64,000 bases of DNA from an uncultured delta proteobacterium (lineage in GTDB: Bacteria > Desulfobacterota > Desulfobacteria > Desulfobacterales > Desulfosalsimonadaceae): positions 128,001 through 192,000 of the forward strand of contig CAWGYD010000001.1 in the NCBI GenBank assembly GCA_963826785.1, read 5' to 3'. Below are positions 19,707 through 30,202 of this stretch, in pieces. The notes under the pieces are model-generated. The model had not been told where the DNA came from. It ran no database searches and was given only the letters and a program-made list of their open reading frames with translations. The translations under genes were made by a program, and so were the position numbers. Every line of letters starts with the position of its first letter. Position 1 is the stretch's first letter.

Positions 19707-19907
19707 TCCATGGGCCGAAGGAGTGTCAACAGGTCAGAGGCGATACCCTCCGCACAGATTCACATTTCAAAAAATAATGATGATTTTCCATCTGTGCATA
19801 TCCGGTTATGCACGCCCGCTTTTCGAACGGGGGATCCGCCCCATCTGAAGAACGGCTATATTATTTAAATATAATTCAGATCAGCGCAATTGAAAGGATG
19901 AACGGTC

Positions 19908-20612
19908 ATGACAGCAAAAAAAGATGCAGACGGCCCCCGGGTTTTGTTTTTTGATGTCAATGAAACCCTGACCGATCTGTCCGGCGTCAGGGAATCGGTG
20001 GCAAAGGCCCTCGGCGATAAAATCGAACTGGCGAAACTCTGGTTTGAGACCCTGCTCCATTATTCACTGGTTGTTACGGTTTCGGGAAAATTTCTGCCCT
20101 TTGACCAGATCGGGGCGGCCGCCCTGATGCTGGTGGCACGACAAAACGACATCACGATGACGCAGAATCGGGCCAGTGAGGCCATCCAGGGAATTTTGTC
20201 CGCCCCTTCGCATCCGGATGTCTCCCCGGCGCTGTTTGCTTTGAAATCCGAAGGGTTTGCCATGGCCGCACTGACCAATTCGGCCCGGGCCGCGATGGAA
20301 CGCCAGCTGGATCACGCCGGGCTTTCCCATTTTTTCGATCAGATGCTCAGTGTCGAAGAGATCGGTATCTACAAACCCCACCGGGAAGTATATCACTGGG
20401 CCGCAAAACGGATGGGAATCGCGCCGGACCAGTCGATGATGATCGCCGCCCACGGCTGGGATACGGCCGGCGCGCTGTGGGCCGGCATGCGGGCGGCCTT
20501 CGTGGCCCGGCCCGGCCGGTCGCTCTACCCGCTTTCCCCGGCACCGGAAATGGCCGAGCCGGACCTGGAAAAGATCGCAAACCGGCTGATCCGGCCGGCA
20601 GGGCGGGGATAA
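19908..20612 (+). CDS. Haloacid dehalogenase type II-like HAD hydrolase
   Basis: FFDVNETL, LTNS, YKPHREVY, AAHGWD motifs. Confidence 0.88.
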   Translation: MTAKKDADGPRVLFFDVNETLTDLSGVRESVAKALGDKIELAKLWFETLLHYSLVVTVSGKFLPFDQIGAAALMLVARQNDITMTQNRASEAIQGILSAPSHPDVSPALFALKSEGFAMAALTNSARAAMERQLDHAGLSHFFDQMLSVEEIGIYKPHREVYHWAAKRMGIAPDQSMMIAAHGWDTAGALWAGMRAAFVARPGRSLYPLSPAPEMAEPDLEKIANRLIRPAGRG

Positions 20613-20641
20613 CGGTAAAACGCGCACTCTGCAAGCCGGAT

Positions 20642-22328
20642 TTAATCCCGGGTGAGCTGCCGGTACTTGATCCGGTGGGGGGTTTCGGCTTCGGCCCCCA
20701 GGCGCCGTTTCCGGTCGGCTTCGTAATCCGAGTAGTTCCCCTCGAACCACACCACTGCGCTTTCTCCCTCGAATGCCAGGATATGGGTGGCGATCCGGTC
20801 CAGAAACCACCGGTCATGGCTGATGACCACCGCGCAGCCGCCAAAGTTCTCCAGGGCCTCTTCCAGTGCCCGCATGGTGTTGACGTCCAGGTCGTTGGTG
20901 GGCTCATCCAGCAGGATGACATTGGCGCCCTGCTTGAGCATGCAGGCCAGGTGAACCCGGTTTCGCTCCCCGCCCGACAGCATCCCCACCTTTTTCTGCT
21001 GGTCGGACCCGGTAAAAGCGAAGCGGGAGACATAGGCCCGGGATTTGACCGACACATCTCCCAGCTGGAGCACGTCATTGCCGCCGGAAATGGCTTCCCA
21101 GATGGATTTGTTCGGATCCAGGCTATCCCGGCTCTGGTCCACGTAAGCCAGGCGGACTGTGTCGCCGATGCGCAGCGTTCCGCTGTCCGGCGCATCCTGT
21201 CCGGTGATCATGCGAAACAGGGTGGTTTTACCCGCCCCGTTGGGGCCGATCACGCCGACCAGACCGCCCGGCGGAAGCGAGAAAGAGAGGTTTTCCATCA
21301 ACAGCCGGTCGCCATATGCCTTGGACACATTCTGCGCTTCCACCACCACCTTGCCCAGGCGGGGCCCCGGCGGGATGTAGATTTCGAGATTGCGGTTCTG
21401 CTCCGCGGTTTCCTTCGACAGCAGCTTTTCATAGGCGCTGATGCGGGCCTTGGATTTGGCCTGCCGGGCCCGGGGGGACATGCTGATCCACTCCAGTTCG
21501 CGTTCCAAGTGTTTTCTGACGGTGGCTTTCGGCCTTTTCCTCCCGCCGGAGGCGTTCCTGTTTCTGGCTCAGCCAGGAGGAATAATTGCCTTTCCAGGGA
21601 ATTCCCCGGCCCCGGTCGAGTTCCAGGATCCATCCGGCCACATTGTCTAAAAAATACCGGTCATGGGTGACGGCGATGATGGTCCCCTCGTACTGCTGCA
21701 GGTGCCGTTCCAGCCAGGCCACGGTCTCGGCGTCCAGGTGGTTGGTGGGTTCGTCCAGCAGAAGGATGTCGGGCTTCTGCAAAAGCAGCCGGCAAAGGGC
21801 CACCCGCCTCTTTTCACCGCCGGACAGCACCTTCACCGGTGTATCGCCTTCCGGGCAGCGCAGGGCGTCCATGGCCATTTCCAGGCGTGAATCGAGATCC
21901 CACGCATCGGCGGCATCCAGTTTTTCCTGGACCTCTCCCTGGCGCTCGATCAGCTTGTCCATTTCAGCATCGGACATGGGTTCGGCAAAGGCTTCGTTGA
22001 TGCGGTCGTACTCGTTTTTCAGATCGACGATCTCCTGCAGGCCTTCTTCAACGGTTTCCCGGACGGTCTTGGCCTCGTCGAGCCTGGGTTCCTGCTCCAG
22101 AAAACCGACGCTGTAGCCGGGTGCGAGGATCATCTCTCCGTTGAATTCCGTGTCCCGGCCGGCCATGATCCGCAGCAGCGAGCTTTTTCCCGCGCCGTTC
22201 AATCCCAGTACACCGATTTTCGCCCCGTAAAAATAGGAGAGGGAAATGTCTTCGAGCACCGGTTTCTTGTCATAGTATTTGCTCAATCGGACCATCGAGC
22301 AGATGATCTTGTCGGGTTGTTGACCCAT
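20642..22328 (-). CDS. ettA: Energy-dependent translational throttle ABC-F protein EttA (+1 frameshift at ~21507 as read)
   Basis: [22 protein letters not shown]...RQKTL in one frame continues as [21 protein letters not shown]...PHRIKYRQL in another. Confidence 0.92.
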
Positions 22329-22563
22329 GGTGTTTCCTTTCTTTACGCTAATCGGGGGTTTGCCCTTCAGTATATTCTGATGCATTTCAATCCGGCGATG
22401 TGGATCATCCCGCAATGACGGGCCGGAAAAGCAATCTTTGCAAAAATCATTGATGCCTGTTTTTAAATTTTTCGGGTAAGGGCTTTTTTAAAAACAGGAT
22501 ATCCATACCCGATTCGGCATTTTACCGCAAATCGATTTTTTGTGGCAGGATTTTGCAGGTTGT

Positions 22564-22606
22564 AAAAAAAAGCGAAGGCCGGAATGCAGCGGCATCCGGC
22601 CTTCGC
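22564..22606 (-). terminator. Intrinsic terminator of the atp (Fo) operon
   Basis: GCGAAGGCCGGA / TCCGGCCTTCGC stem followed by T8 on the minus strand. Confidence 0.8.
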
Positions 22607-22631
22607 GAATAAAACAGCGGGGGAATTCGAA

Positions 22632-23237
22632 TCAGGCGGTCTTTTTCCCCATCGCGGCAAGACCGTTCATGAACTGCTCGGTCAGCCGCTGATGGTCCTC
22701 ATTCCGGATCACGGCGGGCATCCGGTTCATGGCCGCTGCAACCGCCGCATCCACCAGTTCAGCCATAAACTGGTTTTTGGCGGCAATAATCTGGTTGTCG
22801 GCTTTTTGTTTTTCAATCTCTATGATATTCTGACTCTGCATTTTCGCATCTTCAATGATCTGCTTTTTCCTGCGCTCGCCATCCTTGATGATCCGTTCTT
22901 TCAGCGTCTTGAACCGCTGGCTGCTTTCCTCGATCGCCTGACGGGTTTTCTGGATCTGCGCATCCATCTGATTTTTCTGCTTCTGCAGGCGGGTGAGTTC
23001 ATCTGCGACTTCCTCCTGCTGCCCTTTCAGGTAATTCATGAAGGGCTGACGGCCATACTTGACCAGCACGAAAACCAGGATGAAGAAATTGATCCACAGC
23101 ATGACGGAGTCATAGAGGGGCCGCCAGCCCGGCCCCGCGGCCAGGGCGTCCGTCACGGTCAGACCGATGCATCCCCAGGCAAGCACGGCGATACCGCAAA
23201 ACCGGTGCAGCCGCCTGATGAAAATGTTTTGTTTCAT
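22632..23237 (-). CDS. atpF: ATP synthase Fo subunit b
   Basis: WINFFILVFVLVKYGRQP followed by a long coiled coil; N-terminal extension. Confidence 0.88.
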   Translation of the reverse strand: MKQNIFIRRLHRFCGIAVLAWGCIGLTVTDALAAGPGWRPLYDSVMLWINFFILVFVLVKYGRQPFMNYLKGQQEEVADELTRLQKQKNQMDAQIQKTRQAIEESSQRFKTLKERIIKDGERRKKQIIEDAKMQSQNIIEIEKQKADNQIIAAKNQFMAELVDAAVAAAMNRMPAVIRNEDHQRLTEQFMNGLAAMGKKTA

Positions 23238-23689
23238 TTCGTCAGCCTCCGGTCCAGAATTTTTTCCATGATCTGCTCCGCAAGCGTTTGCGATTCCTGC
23301 TGCAGGGTCTGCCGGGCCCGGGAAATCTGCGCGTCGATATAGCGCTGTTTTTCATTCTTGAGGGCCAGTATTTCCTTTCGGGAGACCTCCATGATCTCTT
23401 TGGCTTCCCGATCCCCGTCTTCTTCCAGGTTGTTTTTGTGGCGATGGGCCTCATCGACCGCCTGGCGCTCTTCATCCCGGAGTGCGGTGTTGAGGTCCTT
23501 GATCTGCTGCTCGGACGTCTGGATCCCCTGGTTGAGATCGAGGATATGCCGGTCCCGCTCTCCAATGGTTTCCTTCAGGGGGCGGAACATGATCCGGTTG
23601 ATCAGAAACAGGAAAATCAGAAATGAAACCAGCTGGATGATCAGCGTCTCATTGATGGATATAAGCGCAACGTTGCGTACGATCTCCAT
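23234..23689 (-). CDS. atpF: ATP synthase Fo subunit b'
   Basis: INETLIIQLVSFLIFLFLINRIMFRPL followed by a coiled coil. Confidence 0.88.
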   Translation of the reverse strand: MEIVRNVALISINETLIIQLVSFLIFLFLINRIMFRPLKETIGERDRHILDLNQGIQTSEQQIKDLNTALRDEERQAVDEAHRHKNNLEEDGDREAKEIMEVSRKEILALKNEKQRYIDAQISRARQTLQQESQTLAEQIMEKILDRRLTK

Positions 23690-23719
23690 CTCCGGCCTTT
23701 CTTTTCCTATCTATTATTA

Positions 23720-23983
<264 letters not shown>

Positions 23984-24013
23984 TTATTGGTGGTTTAGAT
24001 GGTGATTATGCAA

Positions 24014-24745
24014 TTACACATTTAATGTCAACAGCAGCGCCACGACCAGCGCGTAAATACCGGTGGATTCGGAAACGGCCTGGCCCACCAGCATGCTCCG
24101 GGTCATCAGGCCGAGGGTCCGTGGATTCCGGGCCACGGCCAGAACCGCGTTTTCCGCGGCAAATCCTTCGCCGACGCCGGGTCCGATGCCGCCGAATCCC
24201 ATGCAGAGTCCGGCCCCCAGCATGCTGCAGGCCGGTATCAATGCCATTTCCGGCGGCACCGATTTGTACAGCAGCAAAAGGGAGATCAGAAAACCGTAAA
24301 TGGCGGTAGACTGGGCAACTCCGGCGCCAATCAGCATCAGTGTATTGAGTTGGCTGGCCACCTTGGGCTGCCGCCCGATGCCTGTGCAGGCACCGCCGGC
24401 GGGAAGTCCGGCACCGACACCGCATCCGATGGCGGAAAGTCCCATGGAAAAACCCGCCCCCAGATAGGCCCATGCCGTCAGGAGCGGTTTGCCTTCCATC
24501 GGTGAAAACAGCAGCAGCATGGCAATCACCAGGCCGAAAATACCGGCGGTTTCCGCCACGGCCTGTCCCACCAGCATGGTCCGGAGCACTTCACCCACCA
24601 GGTTGGGGCGAAAAGACAAGGTTTCATTTGCTTTGCCGGCGGTATACCCTTCGCCGATGGCGGCCCCGATGGCGGCGAATCCGACCGAAATTCCCGCCCC
24701 TACAAAGGAAGCGGCCTTGATCCATTCGATGGTTTCAAAAGTCAT
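24014..24745 (-). CDS. atpE: ATP synthase subunit c, triplicated (three hairpins)
   Basis: Three c repeats ending [20 protein letters not shown] and [10 protein letters not shown]. Confidence 0.92.
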   Translation of the reverse strand: MTFETIEWIKAASFVGAGISVGFAAIGAAIGEGYTAGKANETLSFRPNLVGEVLRTMLVGQAVAETAGIFGLVIAMLLLFSPMEGKPLLTAWAYLGAGFSMGLSAIGCGVGAGLPAGGACTGIGRQPKVASQLNTLMLIGAGVAQSTAIYGFLISLLLLYKSVPPEMALIPACSMLGAGLCMGFGGIGPGVGEGFAAENAVLAVARNPRTLGLMTRSMLVGQAVSESTGIYALVVALLLTLNV

Positions 24746-24746
24746 G

Positions 24747-25421
24747 TCAATTTACCTGCACAGAGATATAGACCAGAGTTAGCATCGTGAAGACAAATGC
24801 CTGTATGGCGCCGACGAATAATCCGAAAAAAGCCATGAGAAACGGTGGAAGCACCAGGTTCCAGACCAGATAGCTGACCACCAGGATAATGATGGAGCCG
24901 CCCATGATATTGCCGAAAAGACGGAAAGAGATGGATACCACCTTGGACAGTTCGCCGATCAGGTTCAGGGGGAGCATGAAAAAGATCGGGTCGACGTAGG
25001 CCTTCGCATACGCCTTGAACCCTTTTTTACGGATGCCGGCGTAATGGGCGATGATAAAGCCCAGGATGCCCAGGGAAAGCGGGGTGTTGAGGTCCCGGGT
25101 GGGCTCCTCCATGTGGGGAAAGATGCCCAGCCAGTTGCTGCTGACCAGGAAAAGAAAGAGCGCGGTGATCAGCGGCGCATAGGTTTTGGCCATTTCCTTG
25201 CCCAGTGCGTCCTCGGTGAGGCCATGGAAGGTTTTGACAAAGAGTTCTCCGACGACCTGCACCGGTCCGGGGACCAGCCGCCTGTTACGGGTGGCTAAAT
25301 ATCCGAAGATCAGCAGGGCAAAGATAATGATCCAGGTCATGGCAATGACATTGAGATTAAACGTGACCTGATGCCCGGACACGGGAACAATCAATTGATA
25401 GATTACGCCTAAGTCTTCCAT
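24747..25421 (-). CDS. atpB: ATP synthase Fo subunit a
   Basis: [39 protein letters not shown]. Confidence 0.95.
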   Translation of the reverse strand: MEDLGVIYQLIVPVSGHQVTFNLNVIAMTWIIIFALLIFGYLATRNRRLVPGPVQVVGELFVKTFHGLTEDALGKEMAKTYAPLITALFLFLVSSNWLGIFPHMEEPTRDLNTPLSLGILGFIIAHYAGIRKKGFKAYAKAYVDPIFFMLPLNLIGELSKVVSISFRLFGNIMGGSIIILVVSYLVWNLVLPPFLMAFFGLFVGAIQAFVFTMLTLVYISVQVN

Positions 25422-25429
25422 GGCTTGAG

Positions 25430-25822
25430 TTAAAAATCCGGTCTTTTGTGGGTTGATGAAAAAGAGGTGCGCACCAGTTGTTCACACAGAATCAGAATTT
25501 GAACCATAAACAGGCCGCAGACAGTGGCAGCCATGTTGAATACTTCCATTTTAATGGCCATTCCCAGGGGCAGGGCGATCAGTGCATACCGCACCAGGAT
25601 GGAGATGCCGGAAATTGCCGTGGCCCGGTTTCTGGAGGTGCCGAGCCGCATGGGCAGGGTTTCGCCCATCAGGACGAAATTGATGACGGAAAAGAGGGTG
25701 CCCAGGATAAAGCCCTTGCCCACCGGCTTCATGGACAACAGGATGAATGCAAGGCCGATGACGATGCCGGCGGTCAGCGCAAGTGAACAGTATTTTTTTT
25801 CCGTTTCTCTAATCGGATCCAC
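25430..25822 (-). CDS. atpI: ATP synthase protein I (UncI-like)
   Basis: 4-TM protein directly upstream of atpB; start uncertain (GTG 25822 chosen). Confidence 0.75.
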   Translation of the reverse strand: MDPIRETEKKYCSLALTAGIVIGLAFILLSMKPVGKGFILGTLFSVINFVLMGETLPMRLGTSRNRATAISGISILVRYALIALPLGMAIKMEVFNMAATVCGLFMVQILILCEQLVRTSFSSTHKRPDF

Positions 25823-26081
25823 GGTCGTTTTTATCTTCTTCGTTCTGATCAAAGATTTCCATGATCTGGCGGTACACCACAATGCCGCCGCCGATGATTC
25901 CCAGGATCATAAACAGGGTGACGAACACCCCCTTGAAACCCAGCCATTTGTCCAGATAGAGCCCGACAAAAAAACAGAACAGAATGCTGCCCGCCATGGT
26001 GAGCCCCAGCTGCATGACCACCTGCATGTTTTCCATCCAGGGCCGGTTCTCTTTGTAGCTGAACTTACGTTTCTCACCCAT
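25809..26081 (-). CDS. AtpZ/AtpQ-family 2-TM protein
   Basis: LGLTMAGSILFCFFVGLYLDKWLG...LGIIGG; first gene of the atp cluster. Confidence 0.82.
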   Translation of the reverse strand: MGEKRKFSYKENRPWMENMQVVMQLGLTMAGSILFCFFVGLYLDKWLGFKGVFVTLFMILGIIGGGIVVYRQIMEIFDQNEEDKNDRGSD

Positions 26082-26270
26082 CGGGCAAAAGGCCTCTAAT
26101 TTTGAATCTGTTTTGATAGCAATTCTGCCCCATGACGTCAAGCGAAACTTTTTTTTGATTATATGTATTTAAATCGAAAACTTGCATGCAATATGGAGCG
26201 GAATGCGGATTTTGCAGGGGGGAATGAGGCCAGGGGAAGAAACCGGGGGAGAATCCTTCGCGGCAGGCGA

Positions 26271-27413
26271 TCAGGCGGAAAGGATCTGGGGGACGAGCTT
26301 TTCGATCTGAACCTGGATAAAATAGCCGTTTCCTTCCGGGGACAGGAGTGTGACGAAACGAAAATTCCCATGCTTCAGGGCATCGGATGCCTTGATCAGG
26401 ATGATGCCCTGCCGAGTGTGCACAGTCATGCCGGTGCACAGATCAAACCCTTTTTGTGCGGTCATGGCGCTGCAGCGGGAGAGCAAATTGTTAAATTCCA
26501 GTGAAAACTGGTTGAAATCGATTGTCTCATCCACCATGTCCGTCGCCAGCACCTTTCCTTCGGAGTTGAGCACGGCCATGCCGCGATACCCCTTGGCAGT
26601 CCGCAGGATGCCCGCATGCCGGCTGAGCGCCGCCTGGAGTCTGGACTGGCCGGCCGGTGCCGGGCCTGCGCCGGGCCTTTTGGCCGCATCAGCGGCACTG
26701 CGGCCGGGGGCGGCCGCATCCGGGGCGTCTGCCGGTTTTTTCACGGTTTTTTTCCAGGTCGCGCCGGCCAGTTCCATCAGTTTGGCATGAATCCGGCGCT
26801 CTTTATTTTCATCGGGCAGACGGGATAAAGAGATACTCACCTCATTCCAGCGGGACATGGCCAGTGCGGCCGGATCCCCGGTCATTTCATCCTGGCGGGC
26901 ATCCATTAGATGTCCTTTTTTGAAAAACATTTCGCCTTTGCGTTTCGCGCCGCTGGTCACTTCCATACGGCAGGTTCTCTGGCTGAGTTCCATCAGGGGA
27001 AGAAAGTTCTTAAGCGTCATTCCTTTGAGCGAAAGGCCCTCATCCTTGAGGTTTAAACCGACAAAGATGATGTTGGCCAGCGCCCCGAATTCGAATGGCT
27101 TCTCCAGGTAGTAAAGGACATCCTCATGGCCGGTGCGGTCCATGAACCAGGGTTTGGGTTTGCCTTCTTCGATGAGGGCGATGCACGGTGTGGTGCGGTG
27201 GTTCCGGGTCATGTAGGCCAGAAGTTCAACCCCGTCCACATTGGGCAGCCGGATATTGGTCACAAAAACACTGATTTTGATTTTTTTCAAGATTTCAATG
27301 GCCCCTTCGGCATCAGAGGCGGTCAGCAGTTCGAAATGGTGAAGCTCTTTAAATCCCTGCTGAATTTTCTGGAGATTTTCCCGGTCATTTTCGACAATCA
27401 GGACCTTATCCAT
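26271..27413 (-). CDS. Atypical response regulator: receiver + DUF4388/PatA-like domain + roadblock-like C-terminus
   Basis: KVLIVEND...VFVTNIRLP...YLEKPF; LKNFLPLMELSQRTCRMEV...GEMFFKKGHLMDA; Ala/Pro linker; GYRGMAVLNSEGKVLA. Confidence 0.75.
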   Translation of the reverse strand: MDKVLIVENDRENLQKIQQGFKELHHFELLTASDAEGAIEILKKIKISVFVTNIRLPNVDGVELLAYMTRNHRTTPCIALIEEGKPKPWFMDRTGHEDVLYYLEKPFEFGALANIIFVGLNLKDEGLSLKGMTLKNFLPLMELSQRTCRMEVTSGAKRKGEMFFKKGHLMDARQDEMTGDPAALAMSRWNEVSISLSRLPDENKERRIHAKLMELAGATWKKTVKKPADAPDAAAPGRSAADAAKRPGAGPAPAGQSRLQAALSRHAGILRTAKGYRGMAVLNSEGKVLATDMVDETIDFNQFSLEFNNLLSRCSAMTAQKGFDLCTGMTVHTRQGIILIKASDALKHGNFRFVTLLSPEGNGYFIQVQIEKLVPQILSA

Positions 27414-27807
27414 CTCTTTATTCCTCTTGGTGCGCAAAGCGGCATCGGCAGGGTTTGACCGCCCGGGTCGGGCATCAAACGGGCAGAGGCCATGGGTTTC
27501 TTTTGGCTTGAATTATAACTATTTTGATTAACGAGGTATTTACAGGATGTCAATACTAATCTGTACTAAATGAGGTGTAAATTGAAAAAGAGGCTGCCGA
27601 AAAAATCGAGAATTCCTTCCATTCAAGGAAGAATTTGGCTTTCAACCGCACTTATTTACAAGGATTTTTAGTTCTGTGGAACCCGCATTGACCGGGGATT
27701 GTTTTTTGTCTATAAGAGATTAAAGACCTGTTGAACTCACAGTTCTTATCTCTCCAAAACGCGGATTTGCCGGATAATCGGCTATATTTCAGACAGCAGG
27801 CATATCT

Positions 27808-29430
27808 ATGGCTCGGATATTCAACACGCGGATAGGCAGGACGATCATTTGCCTGTCCATCTTCTTTGTATGGGCAATATCGGCGGTGCCCGCAGAAAGC
27901 CGGGAATTTACGCTGGCCACCTACAATGTGGAAAACCTGTTTGACCTTCACCGGGACCAGACTGAGTATGACGACTATATCCCCGGGGGCTCCGCCGGGT
28001 GGAACCAGGAGATGCTGTCGGCCAAACTTGAGCATACCGCGACTGTTTTATCGGACTTGGCCGCCGATGTCGCAGCCCTTCAGGAAATCGAATCTCCGGC
28101 CGCCCTTTCGCTGCTGGTGCAGGCCTTGAAACAAAAAGGCGCGGATTATCCGTATGCCGCCATATCCGGGCAGCGGGACGCATCGGTCAGGTGCGCCCTT
28201 CTTTCCATTTTCCCCATCACATCCGTTACGGAAATTGCGGTACCCGGCCGGGGGACACGCAACATTTTAAAGGCAGCCATCGACATCGACGGCCGTCAGC
28301 TGATCATTTATGTCAATCACTGGAAATCCAAAACCGGTCCGGAAAGCAGACGTCTGGTCTATGCGAGCGCCCTGTTGGCCGATATGAAAAGCCTGCCCGT
28401 ATCCGCCGATGTGGTGCTGGCCGGTGATTTCAATTCGGATTACAATGAATTCGAAACGTTTGCCCGAATCAAACGATTGAACGACACAAACGGGATCACC
28501 GGCATCAACCATATTCTGGGCACCCTCAAAAATTCCCGGATGGTTGAAGAAGCGCAGATGTTCATAAGGCCGGAAGACCGGGCAGTGTATAATCTCTGGC
28601 TGGAACTGCCCCCGCACCAGCGATGGTCCGTGGATTTTTACGGCCGGAAAAACAGTCCGGACAGCATCATCGTTTCAAAAGGGCTCTATGATGGAAGCGG
28701 CATCGCCTATGTCGATAATTCCTTCGACAAGTTCGATCCCCAGTACCTGTTTCAGGATGACCGGATCTACCGGTGGCAGCGGGCCGATAAAGGGAAGGGG
28801 CGTCATCTGGGAAAAGGGTATTCGGACCATCTGCCGGTATTCGCCCGATTTACCACCCAAGCCTACAAGAAAACCGCCCCCGGTGCGTTGCTTCAAAATA
28901 ATCCGGAAGAGGCAGCCATCGCCGATCTGTATCAAATGAATCCCGGCAGCTGCAGCTGCCGGCTGCGGGAATGCCGGGTGATTTATCGCTCGGGGGATCA
29001 TGCGGTGATCAAGCAGGAACAGGGACGTGCCATTTATATCTATGGGAGTGCCGGGAAATTGCAGATCAGGGGGATCTATGACCTGACGGTGGTTCAGCTG
29101 GCCCGCTATCACGGCAACATGGAAATCCATGCCGTCACGGACGTGCGGAAAACGGGCAGCTTCAACTCTCTGGATGAATACTGCATTGATCCGGGTGAAA
29201 TCGATCTTTCCGATCCGGGCCTCAGAAATGAAATCGTTTGCCGCGTGGAAGGAGAATATAAAAATGGATGGTTATATTATTCTCCGGGCCGAAAAATCCG
29301 GATTTACTTTTCGGATCCGGCCCTTGCGCCCAAGGAGCCGGGAAAATTGTGCATCACCAGCGCCCGGATCAATTATCACGACCATCCCGAACTCCTCGTG
29401 GAGCACGAGGAACAGCTGAGTGCACCATAA
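27808..29430 (+). CDS. Secreted endonuclease/exonuclease/phosphatase-family protein
   Basis: Signal peptide; ATYNVENLFD, LQEIE, NHWKSK, AGDFN, YSDHLPV motifs. Confidence 0.9.
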   Translation: MARIFNTRIGRTIICLSIFFVWAISAVPAESREFTLATYNVENLFDLHRDQTEYDDYIPGGSAGWNQEMLSAKLEHTATVLSDLAADVAALQEIESPAALSLLVQALKQKGADYPYAAISGQRDASVRCALLSIFPITSVTEIAVPGRGTRNILKAAIDIDGRQLIIYVNHWKSKTGPESRRLVYASALLADMKSLPVSADVVLAGDFNSDYNEFETFARIKRLNDTNGITGINHILGTLKNSRMVEEAQMFIRPEDRAVYNLWLELPPHQRWSVDFYGRKNSPDSIIVSKGLYDGSGIAYVDNSFDKFDPQYLFQDDRIYRWQRADKGKGRHLGKGYSDHLPVFARFTTQAYKKTAPGALLQNNPEEAAIADLYQMNPGSCSCRLRECRVIYRSGDHAVIKQEQGRAIYIYGSAGKLQIRGIYDLTVVQLARYHGNMEIHAVTDVRKTGSFNSLDEYCIDPGEIDLSDPGLRNEIVCRVEGEYKNGWLYYSPGRKIRIYFSDPALAPKEPGKLCITSARINYHDHPELLVEHEEQLSAP

Positions 29431-29524
29431 GCGGGACCCGGGGAATCGGCATTAATCCATTGCCCCCGGGACAGGTTCAATGCTATGGGTTCATCATTTT
29501 TAAAAACCAATTGCAGGGCAGAAA

Positions 29525-30193
29525 ATGCAGTCAGACCGATTCCCGCTGAGCGAACGCCAGCGGCTGTTTATTCTTATTCCGTTTTTAATCCTGATCATCG
29601 GCGGCCTCGTATTCGCCCAGTTCGAGTATGGGCTGTTCCAGAGGATCATGACGCTGATCGACGAGAACACCCCGACCGGCCTGTTTATCGCCTTGATGCT
29701 GGTGCTCCCGGTTGCCGGAGTGCCCATCAGTCTTTTTCTGCTGGTTCTGGGCATCAAGTTCGGCCTGATCTACGGCATCGCACTCATGGAGATGACCATG
29801 CCGTTTCACATCCTCCTGTCCTACGGGCTTGCCCGCACCATCCGGCGGCCCGTCGAGTATCTTCTGGTAAATCGATACGGCTATCGCATCCCCCAGGTCT
29901 CGCCGGACAAAGCCCTGATGTTCAGCGTGGTATTCCTTGTGTTTCCGGGACTGCCCTATGCGGCCAAGAATTTCGTCCTCCCCCTGTCCGGCGTACCTTT
30001 CCGGTATTGTTTCTGGCTCAACTGGGCGGTCCAGGGGGTGCTGGTGATTCCCTTCATCATACTGGGAAAATCCGCGGCGGATATGGATGCCGTTTTGTTT
30101 GCGGTGACCATATTATTATTCGTCATCCTGTTTTTTCTCCTCCGGTGGGCCCAGAAACGGTACCGCGGGCTTCAGCAGGAAGACACCCCTTAA
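29525..30193 (+). CDS. DedA/VTT (TVP38/TMEM64-like) membrane protein
   Basis: Multi-TM; FPGLPYAAKNFVLPLSGVPFRY motif. Confidence 0.8.
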   Translation: MQSDRFPLSERQRLFILIPFLILIIGGLVFAQFEYGLFQRIMTLIDENTPTGLFIALMLVLPVAGVPISLFLLVLGIKFGLIYGIALMEMTMPFHILLSYGLARTIRRPVEYLLVNRYGYRIPQVSPDKALMFSVVFLVFPGLPYAAKNFVLPLSGVPFRYCFWLNWAVQGVLVIPFIILGKSAADMDAVLFAVTILLFVILFFLLRWAQKRYRGLQQEDTP

Positions 30194-30202
30194 GGAGAAC
30201 TT

